Shown one piece after another: positions 36,057 to 45,637 of a stretch of 64,000 bases of DNA. Location: assembly GCA_964592575.1 (NCBI GenBank), contig CAZQFF010000002.1:75460-139459 (forward strand), read 5' to 3'. A program made the position numbers and the translations under genes. This DNA is from an uncultured Pedobacter sp. (lineage in GTDB: Bacteria > Bacteroidota > Bacteroidia > Sphingobacteriales > Sphingobacteriaceae). The notes beneath the pieces were generated by a model that did not search any database, had not been told where the DNA came from, and worked only from the letters and a program-made list of their open reading frames with translations. Each line of letters opens with the position of its first letter. Position 1 is the stretch's first letter.

Positions 36057-38000
36057 TTAAAGTGGTATATGAATTGCAATTAAAGTCCCAACATTTGGTT
36101 TTGAAGAAAAATCTAAAGTTCCTTTTAAATAAGCAACCCTGCTTTTCAAATTTTTCAAGCCTAAGCCTTCTAAAAAAGCCCCCTCGCTAAAATCAAAACC
36201 AACTCCATTATCTTCGATCATTAAATCCAAACTATCCTTCTCTTTGACAATTTGAATGTCTAGAGTATTCGCATTTGCATGCTTAATTACATTATTGATA
36301 GCTTCTTGAATAATTCTATATAATACAATCTCAATATTGGAATCTAATCGTTCTTCAAATCCTACAGACTCTAGGTTAATCCTTAACTTTCTAGAATCAA
36401 CCTTCTGAATAAACTCCTTCAAGGCATGGATTAATCCAAATTGGACTAAACTATTAGAAGACATTTGATGGGATAACGAGCGTAATTCTTGACAGCTTTC
36501 ATCCACTAAAGAAAGCGTCTTTTGGTAAGATTCTTTGTCATGGGCAGATTTAAATGACACCCCCTGCTCAATGGCCGACAAATTCATTTTAACGGCTGAA
36601 AACAATTGTCCAATGCCATCATGCAAATCTCTTGCAATACGCTTTCTTTCATTTTCTTCCGCCTTTAAAACACTAACTGTTGCTTGCTCCTGTTGTAAAA
36701 ACAGAGCCTCTTGAGATTTAGCTTCTTGCTTCAAGCGATAAGATTTGAACAATAAATAAGAAACCACCATAGCAACCAAAAAAAGTCCAGCAGCTACAAT
36801 GAGCAATATATTCCTATTTTGGACTTGCAACTTATGAATACTGTTCTCTTGATTTAATTGAACAATTTGTTGCGCCTTCTTTTCGGTTTGATAAGCAATT
36901 TCCAGCTCATTAATTTTAGCCCTAGCCTCTTTGCTATAAATACTATCCTTTAATTCATTACTAACTTTGTATAAATCCAAAGCCGTCTGATAATCCTTCT
37001 CCACCTCATTAACCTTAGCTAAAGTAAATAATGCTTCTCTCAAGTATTCCTTTGCCCCTTCTGTTCTAAAAATGGCAATACTCTTTTCTAAATAGAATCT
37101 GGCCTTAACATTGTCTTTTAACTCTAAATAGGTCTCCGCCATATTTTTATAACAGCTCCCAATGCCAATTTGGTCTTGCATTTCCAATCTGGTTTTCAGC
37201 GACTGATTATAATAATTCAAGGCCTTATCATAATCCTTCATAATATGAAAAACCCTGCCTAGATTATTATTGATAGAAGCTAACTCACTTTTTTGATTTA
37301 AAGCGGCTAAGTACTCTTGAGCTTTAAAAACATATTCCAAAGACCTTTTAAATTCACTTTTTCTAAAATAATAATTAAACATCCCAGAATAAGCTAAAGC
37401 CAAAACTTCTTTTTGATTTGACTTAGTGGCTATCCCAATCGCTTTCTCATAACTTTCCTTGGCCTCTTCATACTTTTGGTAGGCCATATAAACGTTTCCA
37501 ATGTTTGCTAAAACTATAGCTTGTTTATTTTCGTCTTTAGCATTCTCATAAATTTTAAGTGATTTATGCATATAAACAAGAGCATCCTTAAAATTGCCCA
37601 TTTGCTTATAAATAATGGAAATATTAGAAATTGAGCCAGCAGCTTGAGCTTTAAGCCCTAAACTCTCTCTTAAAGACAAGGCTCTCAAATGAAAGTCTAA
37701 AGCTTCTTTTAGATTATTAACTCTCAAATTGGCATTACCTAGATCGCTATACGCTAAAGCAATAGCGGAAGAATCTTTTAACTTTTCGGCCAGACTCAAT
37801 GCCAAGTTGCCATAATGGACAGCTTTATCATAATTTCGCGTACTAAATTGCCAACTTAAGTCCCCATAGATTTTGAGCTTTTGCTTTTCATCTTGGCTTT
37901 GCTCCGCAAGTAAAATTAAACTATCCGTTAACTTTGAAGATTGAGCAAAACTATTAAAAGCGCATATTAACAATAAGCAGCTAAGCCAAATAATTTTCAT
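36057..38000 (-). CDS. Sensor histidine kinase with extracytoplasmic TPR array and HisKA_3/HATPase
   Basis: Signal peptide; multiple TPRs; TM; ERKRIARDLHDGIGQ; IIQEAINNVIKHA; DNGVGF; GLGL. Confidence 0.92.
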   Translation of the reverse strand: MKIIWLSCLLLICAFNSFAQSSKLTDSLILLAEQSQDEKQKLKIYGDLSWQFSTRNYDKAVHYGNLALSLAEKLKDSSAIALAYSDLGNANLRVNNLKEALDFHLRALSLRESLGLKAQAAGSISNISIIYKQMGNFKDALVYMHKSLKIYENAKDENKQAIVLANIGNVYMAYQKYEEAKESYEKAIGIATKSNQKEVLALAYSGMFNYYFRKSEFKRSLEYVFKAQEYLAALNQKSELASINNNLGRVFHIMKDYDKALNYYNQSLKTRLEMQDQIGIGSCYKNMAETYLELKDNVKARFYLEKSIAIFRTEGAKEYLREALFTLAKVNEVEKDYQTALDLYKVSNELKDSIYSKEARAKINELEIAYQTEKKAQQIVQLNQENSIHKLQVQNRNILLIVAAGLFLVAMVVSYLLFKSYRLKQEAKSQEALFLQQEQATVSVLKAEENERKRIARDLHDGIGQLFSAVKMNLSAIEQGVSFKSAHDKESYQKTLSLVDESCQELRSLSHQMSSNSLVQFGLIHALKEFIQKVDSRKLRINLESVGFEERLDSNIEIVLYRIIQEAINNVIKHANANTLDIQIVKEKDSLDLMIEDNGVGFDFSEGAFLEGLGLKNLKSRVAYLKGTLDFSSKPNVGTLIAIHIPL

Positions 38001-38018
38001 TTAGTTTATGGTTTAGGT

Positions 38019-38026
38019 CAAAATTA
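38019..38026 (-). promoter_or_regulatory. -7 box TAATTTTG for the HK-RR operon
   Basis: TAnnTTTG match 18 nt upstream of ATG 38000. Confidence 0.55.
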
Positions 38027-38048
38027 CCGGTCTAAGGGTACATGCCTA

Positions 38049-38064
38049 TACCCACTTATGGGTA
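38049..38064. promoter_or_regulatory. NarL-like 7-2-7 inverted heptamer TACCCAC-TT-ATGGGTA
   Basis: Palindromic site about 22 nt upstream of the HK -7 box. Confidence 0.4.
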
Positions 38065-38088
38065 TTTTCTATAAACTAAAATAACAAA

Positions 38089-38778
38089 TTATTTAGAACT
38101 ATTTGCCTTAACGTTTTGCTTAGTAAGGATATAAGCCCTTTGTTGTTGAATTTGCTGATTGAATCGAGTATTCTTATAAGATGTTGCTAAAGTTTCGGCC
38201 CTTTTTAAATCCTTTAGTGCTAAACTATATTCTTTCTTTTTGATCTTTACCTGTGCGATACCTAAAATAGATTCTATTCTTGCGTTTTGATGTCTGAGTT
38301 GCTCCGCTAAAATACCCTGCTGCGTAAAAAACCACATCGCCTGTGTATACTTATTAGAAGCCGTATAAATTTTCCCAAGTTGACCATAGGACTGCATTTG
38401 CCCTACGCGATTACCTAGTTTAGAAAAGGTTTTTAAAGCTAAATTTAGCACCATTTTTTCTGCCTCAGCAAAATGATTTAGCTGATAATGAACATTACTT
38501 AAACGCAATAAGGAGTTAGCATATTTCACTCTCATTTTAGCACTATTGTACTCAAATGCTGCTTTCCCAAATAAAACCAAAGCTTCATTTAACTCTCCTC
38601 GCTTTTCATTTTTATCAGCATCGGCAAAGTAAAAATCCCCATCACTTAATTCGGCGTTCGGAAGATTGATATTAATTGCATGACCATAAGACTGCTCTCC
38701 AGTCCCTACATGAGGCGCTTGAGTAAAGCCATCCCAACTAAGAGAAAGAAAAAAACATAGGCAAATGAATCTATACAT
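38089..38778 (-). CDS. Exported TPR-repeat protein
   Basis: Signal peptide; YANSLLRLSNVHYQLNHFAEAEK and QSYGQLGKIYTASNKYTQAMWFF TPR-like helices; -7 box at 38783-38790. Confidence 0.75.
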   Translation of the reverse strand: MYRFICLCFFLSLSWDGFTQAPHVGTGEQSYGHAININLPNAELSDGDFYFADADKNEKRGELNEALVLFGKAAFEYNSAKMRVKYANSLLRLSNVHYQLNHFAEAEKMVLNLALKTFSKLGNRVGQMQSYGQLGKIYTASNKYTQAMWFFTQQGILAEQLRHQNARIESILGIAQVKIKKKEYSLALKDLKRAETLATSYKNTRFNQQIQQQRAYILTKQNVKANSSK

Positions 38779-38794
38779 AAATCAAATATACAAT

Positions 38795-38829
38795 AAAAAA
38801 GGCCTAAACTCCGGAGAAATTTAGACCTT
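38795..38829 (-). terminator. Probable intrinsic terminator after the DUF1543 gene
   Basis: aaggtctaaa..tttaggcctt stem plus U tract on the minus strand. Confidence 0.5.
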
Positions 38830-38865
38830 GAAATCTTCAAAAGGTTTAATTTAAAGCAATTATCA

Positions 38866-39435
38866 CTAAAGCTTGTCCAGTTTAAAGTAACCAATATGCA
38901 TTTCATCATTAGTATGAGCAGGATTATATTCCAGGAACAATTGATATTTTTCTAAAATCTGAGGAGAGAGCACATCTTCAATTTCAAACACATCATCTAC
39001 ATCAATTCCATATTTATCATCAATGTGAGAAACTGCTCCTTCAAAGCCCGTATGCTTATAAAATGCAGTTTCTTTAGCTTCTTTAATCGCTTCCGCTTTA
39101 GATTTAGCCACCATTAAACATTTATAATGATATTCTTCAAATTCACCTGGCTTATACCCCCCTAAATTGATAAAGAATAAGCGATAATCCGAAGTTAACT
39201 TTTCCGATCTTGGGAAAACTCTTACGCTATAATTTCCAACTTGATTAACTTCTCGATAAGCATCTAAATGTAACTTACCCACAGCCTCAGGCCAAAACTC
39301 TTCCATTTCTGGAATTAAATCTTTTATATTACCCGCTACTCCAAAGAAAACATCATGTTGTTCAATACGCCTTCCTTTAGGAAGAGCACCCAACAAAACA
39401 AAAAATAGCTTTAAAGATTCCAATGGATTAGCCAT
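38866..39435 (-). CDS. DUF1543 domain protein
   Basis: LFFVLLG..IEQHDVFF..HLDAY; second LFFINLGGY..EYHY..HIDD half. Confidence 0.75.
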   Translation of the reverse strand: MANPLESLKLFFVLLGALPKGRRIEQHDVFFGVAGNIKDLIPEMEEFWPEAVGKLHLDAYREVNQVGNYSVRVFPRSEKLTSDYRLFFINLGGYKPGEFEEYHYKCLMVAKSKAEAIKEAKETAFYKHTGFEGAVSHIDDKYGIDVDDVFEIEDVLSPQILEKYQLFLEYNPAHTNDEMHIGYFKLDKL

Positions 39436-39445
39436 TTTTCAAATA

Positions 39446-40240
39446 CTATTTAAACGTGTCATTTAGCACTTTTGCCAAACGCACACCACCTTTTAATAAT
39501 TGCTCATTCAAAGTAGAAACCCAATCAAAATTATATCTAAAAGACAATCTTTCATCAGGCTTCACCCCGATATAAATTTTATTTACGATTTCATAGGAGT
39601 CAAATACCATATCCTCAATCGAAGCATTTTGCCAATTAACAAATTGTTGTACAGTGGGAAAATTAATCGCTTTAGTATACTCCGTATAACTTAACTGCTG
39701 AAACTCGATCAAGTGTTCATCCCACACACGGTGTAGATTAGTTTTTTCGCCAAACCAGAATAAATTTACACGATTGCCCCCTAAATCTTCTTTTCTAGCT
39801 GTATGCATAGGTTGATGCAAATCACCCAATAAATGAATTAACATTCTTAAGGCCAGTTTACGCTTCTCCAAGTCCACTTTTTCCGTCTTCAAGAAAACAA
39901 TCATTTCTTGAATTTTATTATAGATATTATCTCCCTTTTCATGACTTAAGAAATTATTTAAATCAGTTCGAGTTAAATTTTCTGGTAAATTCACATAGTG
40001 CCAAGGGCTCAAATAATCATAATTTTTGTCTGACTTAATAAAATCAGCCCAATTTGAACTCATCGCCACAGTTTCATTTCCTAATATCTCTTGAATAGCT
40101 TTACGCGCTTTTTTACTCAAATATTGGTCTGCGATTTCTCCGGTAATTCGATGTCCTAACATACCCCAAGAAAAGGCATTAAAAGGTAAATAACTGAAAG
40201 CAAGGAGTAAGACTAAAACTTTTAATTTCTTAATTTCCAT
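39446..40240 (-). CDS. S1/P1 nuclease (start revised to MEIKK)
   Basis: Signal peptide, mature N-terminus WGMLGH; WADFIKS; WHYVN; HLLGDLHQPMH; NLHRVWD. Confidence 0.92.
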   Translation of the reverse strand: MEIKKLKVLVLLLAFSYLPFNAFSWGMLGHRITGEIADQYLSKKARKAIQEILGNETVAMSSNWADFIKSDKNYDYLSPWHYVNLPENLTRTDLNNFLSHEKGDNIYNKIQEMIVFLKTEKVDLEKRKLALRMLIHLLGDLHQPMHTARKEDLGGNRVNLFWFGEKTNLHRVWDEHLIEFQQLSYTEYTKAINFPTVQQFVNWQNASIEDMVFDSYEIVNKIYIGVKPDERLSFRYNFDWVSTLNEQLLKGGVRLAKVLNDTFK

Positions 40241-40242
40241 AT

Positions 40243-40749
40243 TTACAAAGGTTGAGGAACACAATCTATATGATCCTTTTTATTAATAACAAATTGTGAC
40301 TTTTCTTGAATTCCATTAAATGCTAAAGTAGAATCACTTTTTTTCTGCACTAAGAATTGATGAAAATAACGACCATTACGATAACAGCCAGATATTTTTT
40401 GTTTGAAATTAGCTTTAGTAAACACACCCGATAAGCTTAACGTGTCACCACTAAACTTGTAGGTTCCTTTTGCGTACTCTTTCCAAACACCATTATTAAA
40501 GCAAACCTCCTCATAATAATTCACCTTAGAATAAGTGACTAAGCTCAAATAAAAAGAATCACAAGTAAATTTAATTTGGTGACTAGTATAACTAAGTCGA
40601 CCCGAAGTGTCTGCAGATAAATCCTGCACCCATACACCTTGAAAAAGAGGATCCCCTTCATCTTGTACATTGGGTAAACGACTACAGCCCCACAGAATAG
40701 ACAATACAGCTAAAAGGGCCACCAAATTAAATAATTTTTTGTGCTTCAT
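40243..40749 (-). CDS. Hypothetical lipoprotein (start revised to MKHKK, 2 nt after fumC stop)
   Basis: Lipobox LWGC; four further Cys residues. Confidence 0.7.
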   Translation of the reverse strand: MKHKKLFNLVALLAVLSILWGCSRLPNVQDEGDPLFQGVWVQDLSADTSGRLSYTSHQIKFTCDSFYLSLVTYSKVNYYEEVCFNNGVWKEYAKGTYKFSGDTLSLSGVFTKANFKQKISGCYRNGRYFHQFLVQKKSDSTLAFNGIQEKSQFVINKKDHIDCVPQPL

Positions 40750-40751
40750 TG

Positions 40752-42149
40752 CTATTTTAATGACCCTACCATATCTTCTGGTTTTACCCATTGGTCAAAT
40801 TGCTCACTGGTCAATAAGCCCAATTCTATGGCTGCCTCTTTTAAAGTTTTATTTTCTTTATGAGCTTTTTTAGCAATTTTAGCTGCATTTTCATAACCTA
40901 CATGCGGATTCAAAGCCGTAACCAACATTAAAGAGTTTTGTAAATGTTTCTTAATCTCTGGCTCATTCGCCTCAATACCTACAGCACATTTATCATTGAA
41001 GGACACGCAAGCATCTCCAATTAAACGAGCCGATTGTAAAACATTATAAGCTATTACAGGTTTAAATACATTTAATTCAAAATGACCTGTAGCCCCTCCA
41101 ATAGAAACCGCCACATCATTTCCCATCACTTGAGCACAAACCATAGTCAACGCTTCAGGTTGTGTTGGATTAACCTTTCCAGGCATAATTGAAGAACCAG
41201 GCTCATTATCTGGGATGATAATTTCACCTATTCCACAACGAGGACCTGAACTCAACATTCTAATATCGTTCGCCACTTTCATCAAAGCCACAGCCGCACG
41301 TTTTAAAGCGCCTGAAAGCTCCACCATTGCATCGTGAGCAGCTAATGCTTCAAATTTATTAGGAGCAGTAACAAAAGGTAAACCAGTAAGTTCTGCAATT
41401 TTTTTAGCCACTAAAACATCATAACCCTTAGGGGTGTTTAAACCCGTTCCTACAGCTGTTCCTCCTAAAGCAAGTTCAGCTACCATCACTAAAGCATTTT
41501 TAATCGCTCTGATGCTATTATCTATTTGTTGAACATAACCTGAAAATTCCTGACCTAAGGTCAAAGGAGTAGCATCCATAAAGTGAGTTCTTCCAGTTTT
41601 AGTGATATTGGAGAATTCCTTCACCTTTTGCGCTAAGGTATTTCTCAACTTCTCTAAACCTGGAATCGTATTTTCTATGGTCAATTTATAAGCAGCAATA
41701 TGCATCGCTGTTGGAAAAGTATCGTTGGAAGATTGTGACTTGTTTACGTCATCATTAGGATGTAAAACCTTTTTATCATCATTTAATGAACCTCCCTGCA
41801 TTACATGAGCGCGATTGGCAATCACCTCATTACTATTCATATTGCTTTGTGTACCCGAACCCGTTTGCCAAATAACCAAAGGGAACTGATCATCTAATTT
41901 ACCCGCAATAATTTCATCGCAGGCAGCAGCAATTAAATTTGCTTTATCCAACGATAACACCCCTAACTCCTGATTGGTTAAAGCAGCTGCTTTTTTCAAA
42001 TAACCAAAAGCATGAATTATCTCCTTAGGCATAGATCCTTCAGGACCAATTTTAAAATTATTTCTTGAACGCTCGGTTTGTGCGCCCCAATATTTATCAG
42101 CAGGTACTTGTACCTCGCCCATAGTATCGTGCTCTATTCTAAAACTCAT
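40752..42149 (-). CDS. fumC: Fumarate hydratase class II
   Basis: [34 protein letters not shown]; -7 box at 42172-42179. Confidence 0.97.
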   Translation of the reverse strand: MSFRIEHDTMGEVQVPADKYWGAQTERSRNNFKIGPEGSMPKEIIHAFGYLKKAAALTNQELGVLSLDKANLIAAACDEIIAGKLDDQFPLVIWQTGSGTQSNMNSNEVIANRAHVMQGGSLNDDKKVLHPNDDVNKSQSSNDTFPTAMHIAAYKLTIENTIPGLEKLRNTLAQKVKEFSNITKTGRTHFMDATPLTLGQEFSGYVQQIDNSIRAIKNALVMVAELALGGTAVGTGLNTPKGYDVLVAKKIAELTGLPFVTAPNKFEALAAHDAMVELSGALKRAAVALMKVANDIRMLSSGPRCGIGEIIIPDNEPGSSIMPGKVNPTQPEALTMVCAQVMGNDVAVSIGGATGHFELNVFKPVIAYNVLQSARLIGDACVSFNDKCAVGIEANEPEIKKHLQNSLMLVTALNPHVGYENAAKIAKKAHKENKTLKEAAIELGLLTSEQFDQWVKPEDMVGSLK

Positions 42150-42295
42150 GTTGCTAAATTTAATTTTTCTTCAAATTTAACCATTTTAGTCCGAAACTCC
42201 ACTTCCAAACATGAACTTTAAAATGTTTAAAACTCTTTTTACCATAAAATAATTAGTATGCTTATTTTGCGCGTTTTACCAAGAAATGCAAGCTC

Positions 42296-43528
42296 ATGAC
42301 TAGAATTATCTTCACCTGCTTTTTAATTTTACTTTCCATCCAATTAATTTCTTGTTCTTCTGCGGAAGAAAAAGCTAAAAAAATGGAGGCTAATAAAAAG
42401 ATTAGGGTCCCAGAAGATGATCAAGCCGACTCGCTTATGCTAAGATATGACCCTAAGAAGGCGGATCCATGGATAGCTAATTTCATGCAAAATCTACATA
42501 AAAAGAAGGGCTTTAATGGAAATGTATTAATCGCAAAAAAAGGCAAAATCATTTATCAGAACACCTTAGGCTGGGCCGACTACTTACACCGTGATAGTTT
42601 AAAAGTAAATTCAAAGTTTGAATTAGCTTCGATAACCAAAACTTTCACGGGAGTAGCCATCATGCAATTGGTAGAAGAGGGAAAAATAAAACTTAGCGAT
42701 AGTGTTCAAAAATTCTATCCTAAATTTCCATATCCAGGCATCAGCATTGAATTACTGTTAACACATCGAAGCGGTTTAATGAATTATGTTTATTTCATTG
42801 ACGATATATGGCGTAAAGAAAAGCGAGATATGAAAAAGGGAGTGAGCAACCAAGAAGTGATGCAAATCCTCACCGAACTCAAGCCCAATCGATACATGAA
42901 ACCAGACAAACAATTCCATTATAACAATTCAAATTACATGGTATTGGGTGCCATTATTGAAAAAGTAAGTGGCATGAGTTATGCCAACTACATGAAAGAG
43001 AAGATATTCAAACCAGCCGGCATGAAAAATACGCATGTATATTCTACTGTAGAATATCCTAGAATACCAGTAGATGTCGTTGGGCACGACCGCACTTGGC
43101 GTTATTCCGTTGTACAAAACTTTCTAGATGGCCCTGTAGGAGATAAGGGTATATATAGCACCATGCACGATCTTTTGCTATATGACAAGTATTTAAAAAA
43201 TGGCCGTTTACTCAGCCAAAAAAGCCTAGATTCCGCATTTGTTGGCCGAAACAAACCTGTAAAAGGACATTTCAATTATGGTTATGGATGGAGAATATTT
43301 GAAGGAGAAAAAGTAGATAAAGTGGTTTATCATACCGGATGGTGGCATGGATTTAGACACATCTACATAAGAAATCTCGACAAGGATATTGTATTAATAT
43401 TTCTCGGCAATCTTACTAATGGCAGTTTGATGCAATTAGACGAGCTCTATAAATATTTAAAAATGCCTATTATTAGAAAAGGAGCTTACTCAGGAGCAGG
43501 ATCTATTCCTGGAAGTGATGAAGATTAG
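42296..43528 (+). CDS. Serine hydrolase, beta-lactamase/class C-like lipoprotein
   Basis: Lipobox LISC; SxxK FELASITK; LLTHRSG; YNNSNY; HTGWWHG. Confidence 0.85.
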   Translation: MTRIIFTCFLILLSIQLISCSSAEEKAKKMEANKKIRVPEDDQADSLMLRYDPKKADPWIANFMQNLHKKKGFNGNVLIAKKGKIIYQNTLGWADYLHRDSLKVNSKFELASITKTFTGVAIMQLVEEGKIKLSDSVQKFYPKFPYPGISIELLLTHRSGLMNYVYFIDDIWRKEKRDMKKGVSNQEVMQILTELKPNRYMKPDKQFHYNNSNYMVLGAIIEKVSGMSYANYMKEKIFKPAGMKNTHVYSTVEYPRIPVDVVGHDRTWRYSVVQNFLDGPVGDKGIYSTMHDLLLYDKYLKNGRLLSQKSLDSAFVGRNKPVKGHFNYGYGWRIFEGEKVDKVVYHTGWWHGFRHIYIRNLDKDIVLIFLGNLTNGSLMQLDELYKYLKMPIIRKGAYSGAGSIPGSDED

Positions 43529-43531
43529 TCC

Positions 43532-45637
43532 TTAAGAAATTTTATCATAAGCAATTATGCGGGCTTTTTTATTTAAGTAATATTTAAGCTTAGCATTTTC
43601 TGGATTTACTAAATCAGGGTCTTTTTCGAACAACTCAATTACTGTTTTTCGAGCTTCTTGAAGGATAGTTTGATCTGTCGCTAAATTAGCCATTTTTAAC
43701 TCCATAACACCACTTTGCTGCGTTCCGCTGATATCTCCTGGCCCTCGTAATTGCAAATCAATTTCAGCGATCTCAAATCCATTATTAGAATTTACCATCG
43801 TGTTTAACCTTTGCTTAGATACAGGATTCAATTTCTCTTTTGACATTAATAGGCAATAGGACTGCTCAGCACCTCGACCAACTCTGCCTCTTAATTGATG
43901 CAGTTGAGATAAACCGAATCTCTCTGCATTTTCAATAACCATCACCGAAGCATTAGGCACATTTACGCCTACTTCAATAACTGTAGTAGCCACCATAATT
44001 TGAGTTTTACCTTTTATAAAAAGATCCATCTCAAAATTCTTATCCTGATTCTTCATCTTCCCATGCACAATACTAATTTGATAATCAGGCAATGGAAAAT
44101 GATAGCGCAACTGTTCAATACCAGCCTCCAAATTCAAAAGATCCAGCTTCTCACTTTCAGAAATTAAAGGATAAACGACATAAACCTGTCGCCCCTTAGC
44201 TATCTCTTGTCGCATAAAACCAAACAATCTCAAACGCTGTCCCTCTAATAAATGCTTAGTTTCAATTGGCTTTCTACCAGCTGGCAATTCATCAATAACA
44301 GAAACATCTAAATCCCCATATAAAGTCATGGCCAATGTCCTTGGAATAGGTGTAGCTGTCATCACTAAAACATGCGGGGGAATCGTATTTTTTTGCCATA
44401 GCTTTGCTCTTTGCTCCACTCCAAAACGATGTTGCTCATCAATAACAACTAATCCTAATTGAGCAAATTTAACCCGATCTTCAATCAAAGCATGCGTTCC
44501 AATTAAAATGTTAATTGAACCTTCCTCCAATTCCCTCAAAATTCTTTCTCTATCTTTTTTCTTCGTATTCCCTGTTAATATCTCAACCTTAACTAAATCA
44601 TCCTTAATCAAACTCACGATGGATTGATAATGTTGTTGCGCTAGAATTTCCGTAGGCGCCATCATACAGGCTTGACAATTATTATCGACAGCCAAAAGCA
44701 TACTCATTAAAGCTACTATTGTTTTTCCAGAGCCTACATCCCCTTGCACCAAACGATTCATCTGAACGCCTCTTTGGGTGTCGATTCTAATCTCCTTAAT
44801 AACTCTTTTTTGAGCTTCAGTTAAAGCAAATGGCAACATCTCTCCATAAAACCTATGCAGAACAGAACCAACCTTATCAAAAATTAAACCTTTATACTTC
44901 TTTTCCCTAGTCAACTTTTGATGCCACATCTCCAGCTGAATAAAAAAAAGCTCTTCAAACTTTAATCGTCTTTGAGCCTGCTGCAAAGCCTCCAAAGTTT
45001 TAGGGAAATGTATAGCTTTTAGAGCTTCCTTACGGTTACAAAGTTTATACTTATCTAGTATCGACCCCGGTAAAGTTTCCAAAATTTCATGCGCATGTAG
45101 CTCCAGCACACTTTGAATGAGCTTAAGCAAACCCTTACTGTCTAAAAATGCTTTTTTAAGCTTCTCTGTTGAAGAATAAACTGGTTGCAAACTGGCATTT
45201 CCAACTAATCCTCCTACACGGGGATAATTCTCCATATCAGGGTGAGAAATAGAATAACTATGTTGGAACAAATTTGGTTTACCAAAAGCGATATAAACCT
45301 TGCCCACCTGAACATGATCAGAAACCCATTGTATTGCTTGAAACCAAATGAGTTCCATCACCCCTGTATCATCCCCAAATTTAATGACTAATCGCTTTTT
45401 CTGTTTCTCGCCAATAAGCTCTTTAGATAAAACTCGACCAATAACTTGAACTAAAGCGACGTCTTCTTTTAATTCCGCAATCTTATAAAATCTAGTTCTA
45501 TCAATATAACGAAAAGGGAAATGCGTTAATAATTGCCCATAAGTCTCTAAACCAAGCTCCTTCTTCAAAAGCTCAGCCCGCTTAGGTCCAACACCTTTTA
45601 AATAAACCAGAGACTGTTCAAGATTATTCGTTAGCAA
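43532..45637 (-). CDS. recG: ATP-dependent DNA helicase RecG
   Basis: LKGVGPKRA, QGDVGSGKT, DEQHRFG, MTATPIPRT, QLHQLRGRVGRG, DLQLRGPG. Confidence 0.97.
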   Translation of the reverse strand: MLTNNLEQSLVYLKGVGPKRAELLKKELGLETYGQLLTHFPFRYIDRTRFYKIAELKEDVALVQVIGRVLSKELIGEKQKKRLVIKFGDDTGVMELIWFQAIQWVSDHVQVGKVYIAFGKPNLFQHSYSISHPDMENYPRVGGLVGNASLQPVYSSTEKLKKAFLDSKGLLKLIQSVLELHAHEILETLPGSILDKYKLCNRKEALKAIHFPKTLEALQQAQRRLKFEELFFIQLEMWHQKLTREKKYKGLIFDKVGSVLHRFYGEMLPFALTEAQKRVIKEIRIDTQRGVQMNRLVQGDVGSGKTIVALMSMLLAVDNNCQACMMAPTEILAQQHYQSIVSLIKDDLVKVEILTGNTKKKDRERILRELEEGSINILIGTHALIEDRVKFAQLGLVVIDEQHRFGVEQRAKLWQKNTIPPHVLVMTATPIPRTLAMTLYGDLDVSVIDELPAGRKPIETKHLLEGQRLRLFGFMRQEIAKGRQVYVVYPLISESEKLDLLNLEAGIEQLRYHFPLPDYQISIVHGKMKNQDKNFEMDLFIKGKTQIMVATTVIEVGVNVPNASVMVIENAERFGLSQLHQLRGRVGRGAEQSYCLLMSKEKLNPVSKQRLNTMVNSNNGFEIAEIDLQLRGPGDISGTQQSGVMELKMANLATDQTILQEARKTVIELFEKDPDLVNPENAKLKYYLNKKARIIAYDKIS

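Noticed and set aside
42296-43528. Calling the serine hydrolase a beta-lactam resistance gene
   Set aside because: The SxxK/YxN/HTG fold is shared with esterases and peptidases; activity cannot be inferred
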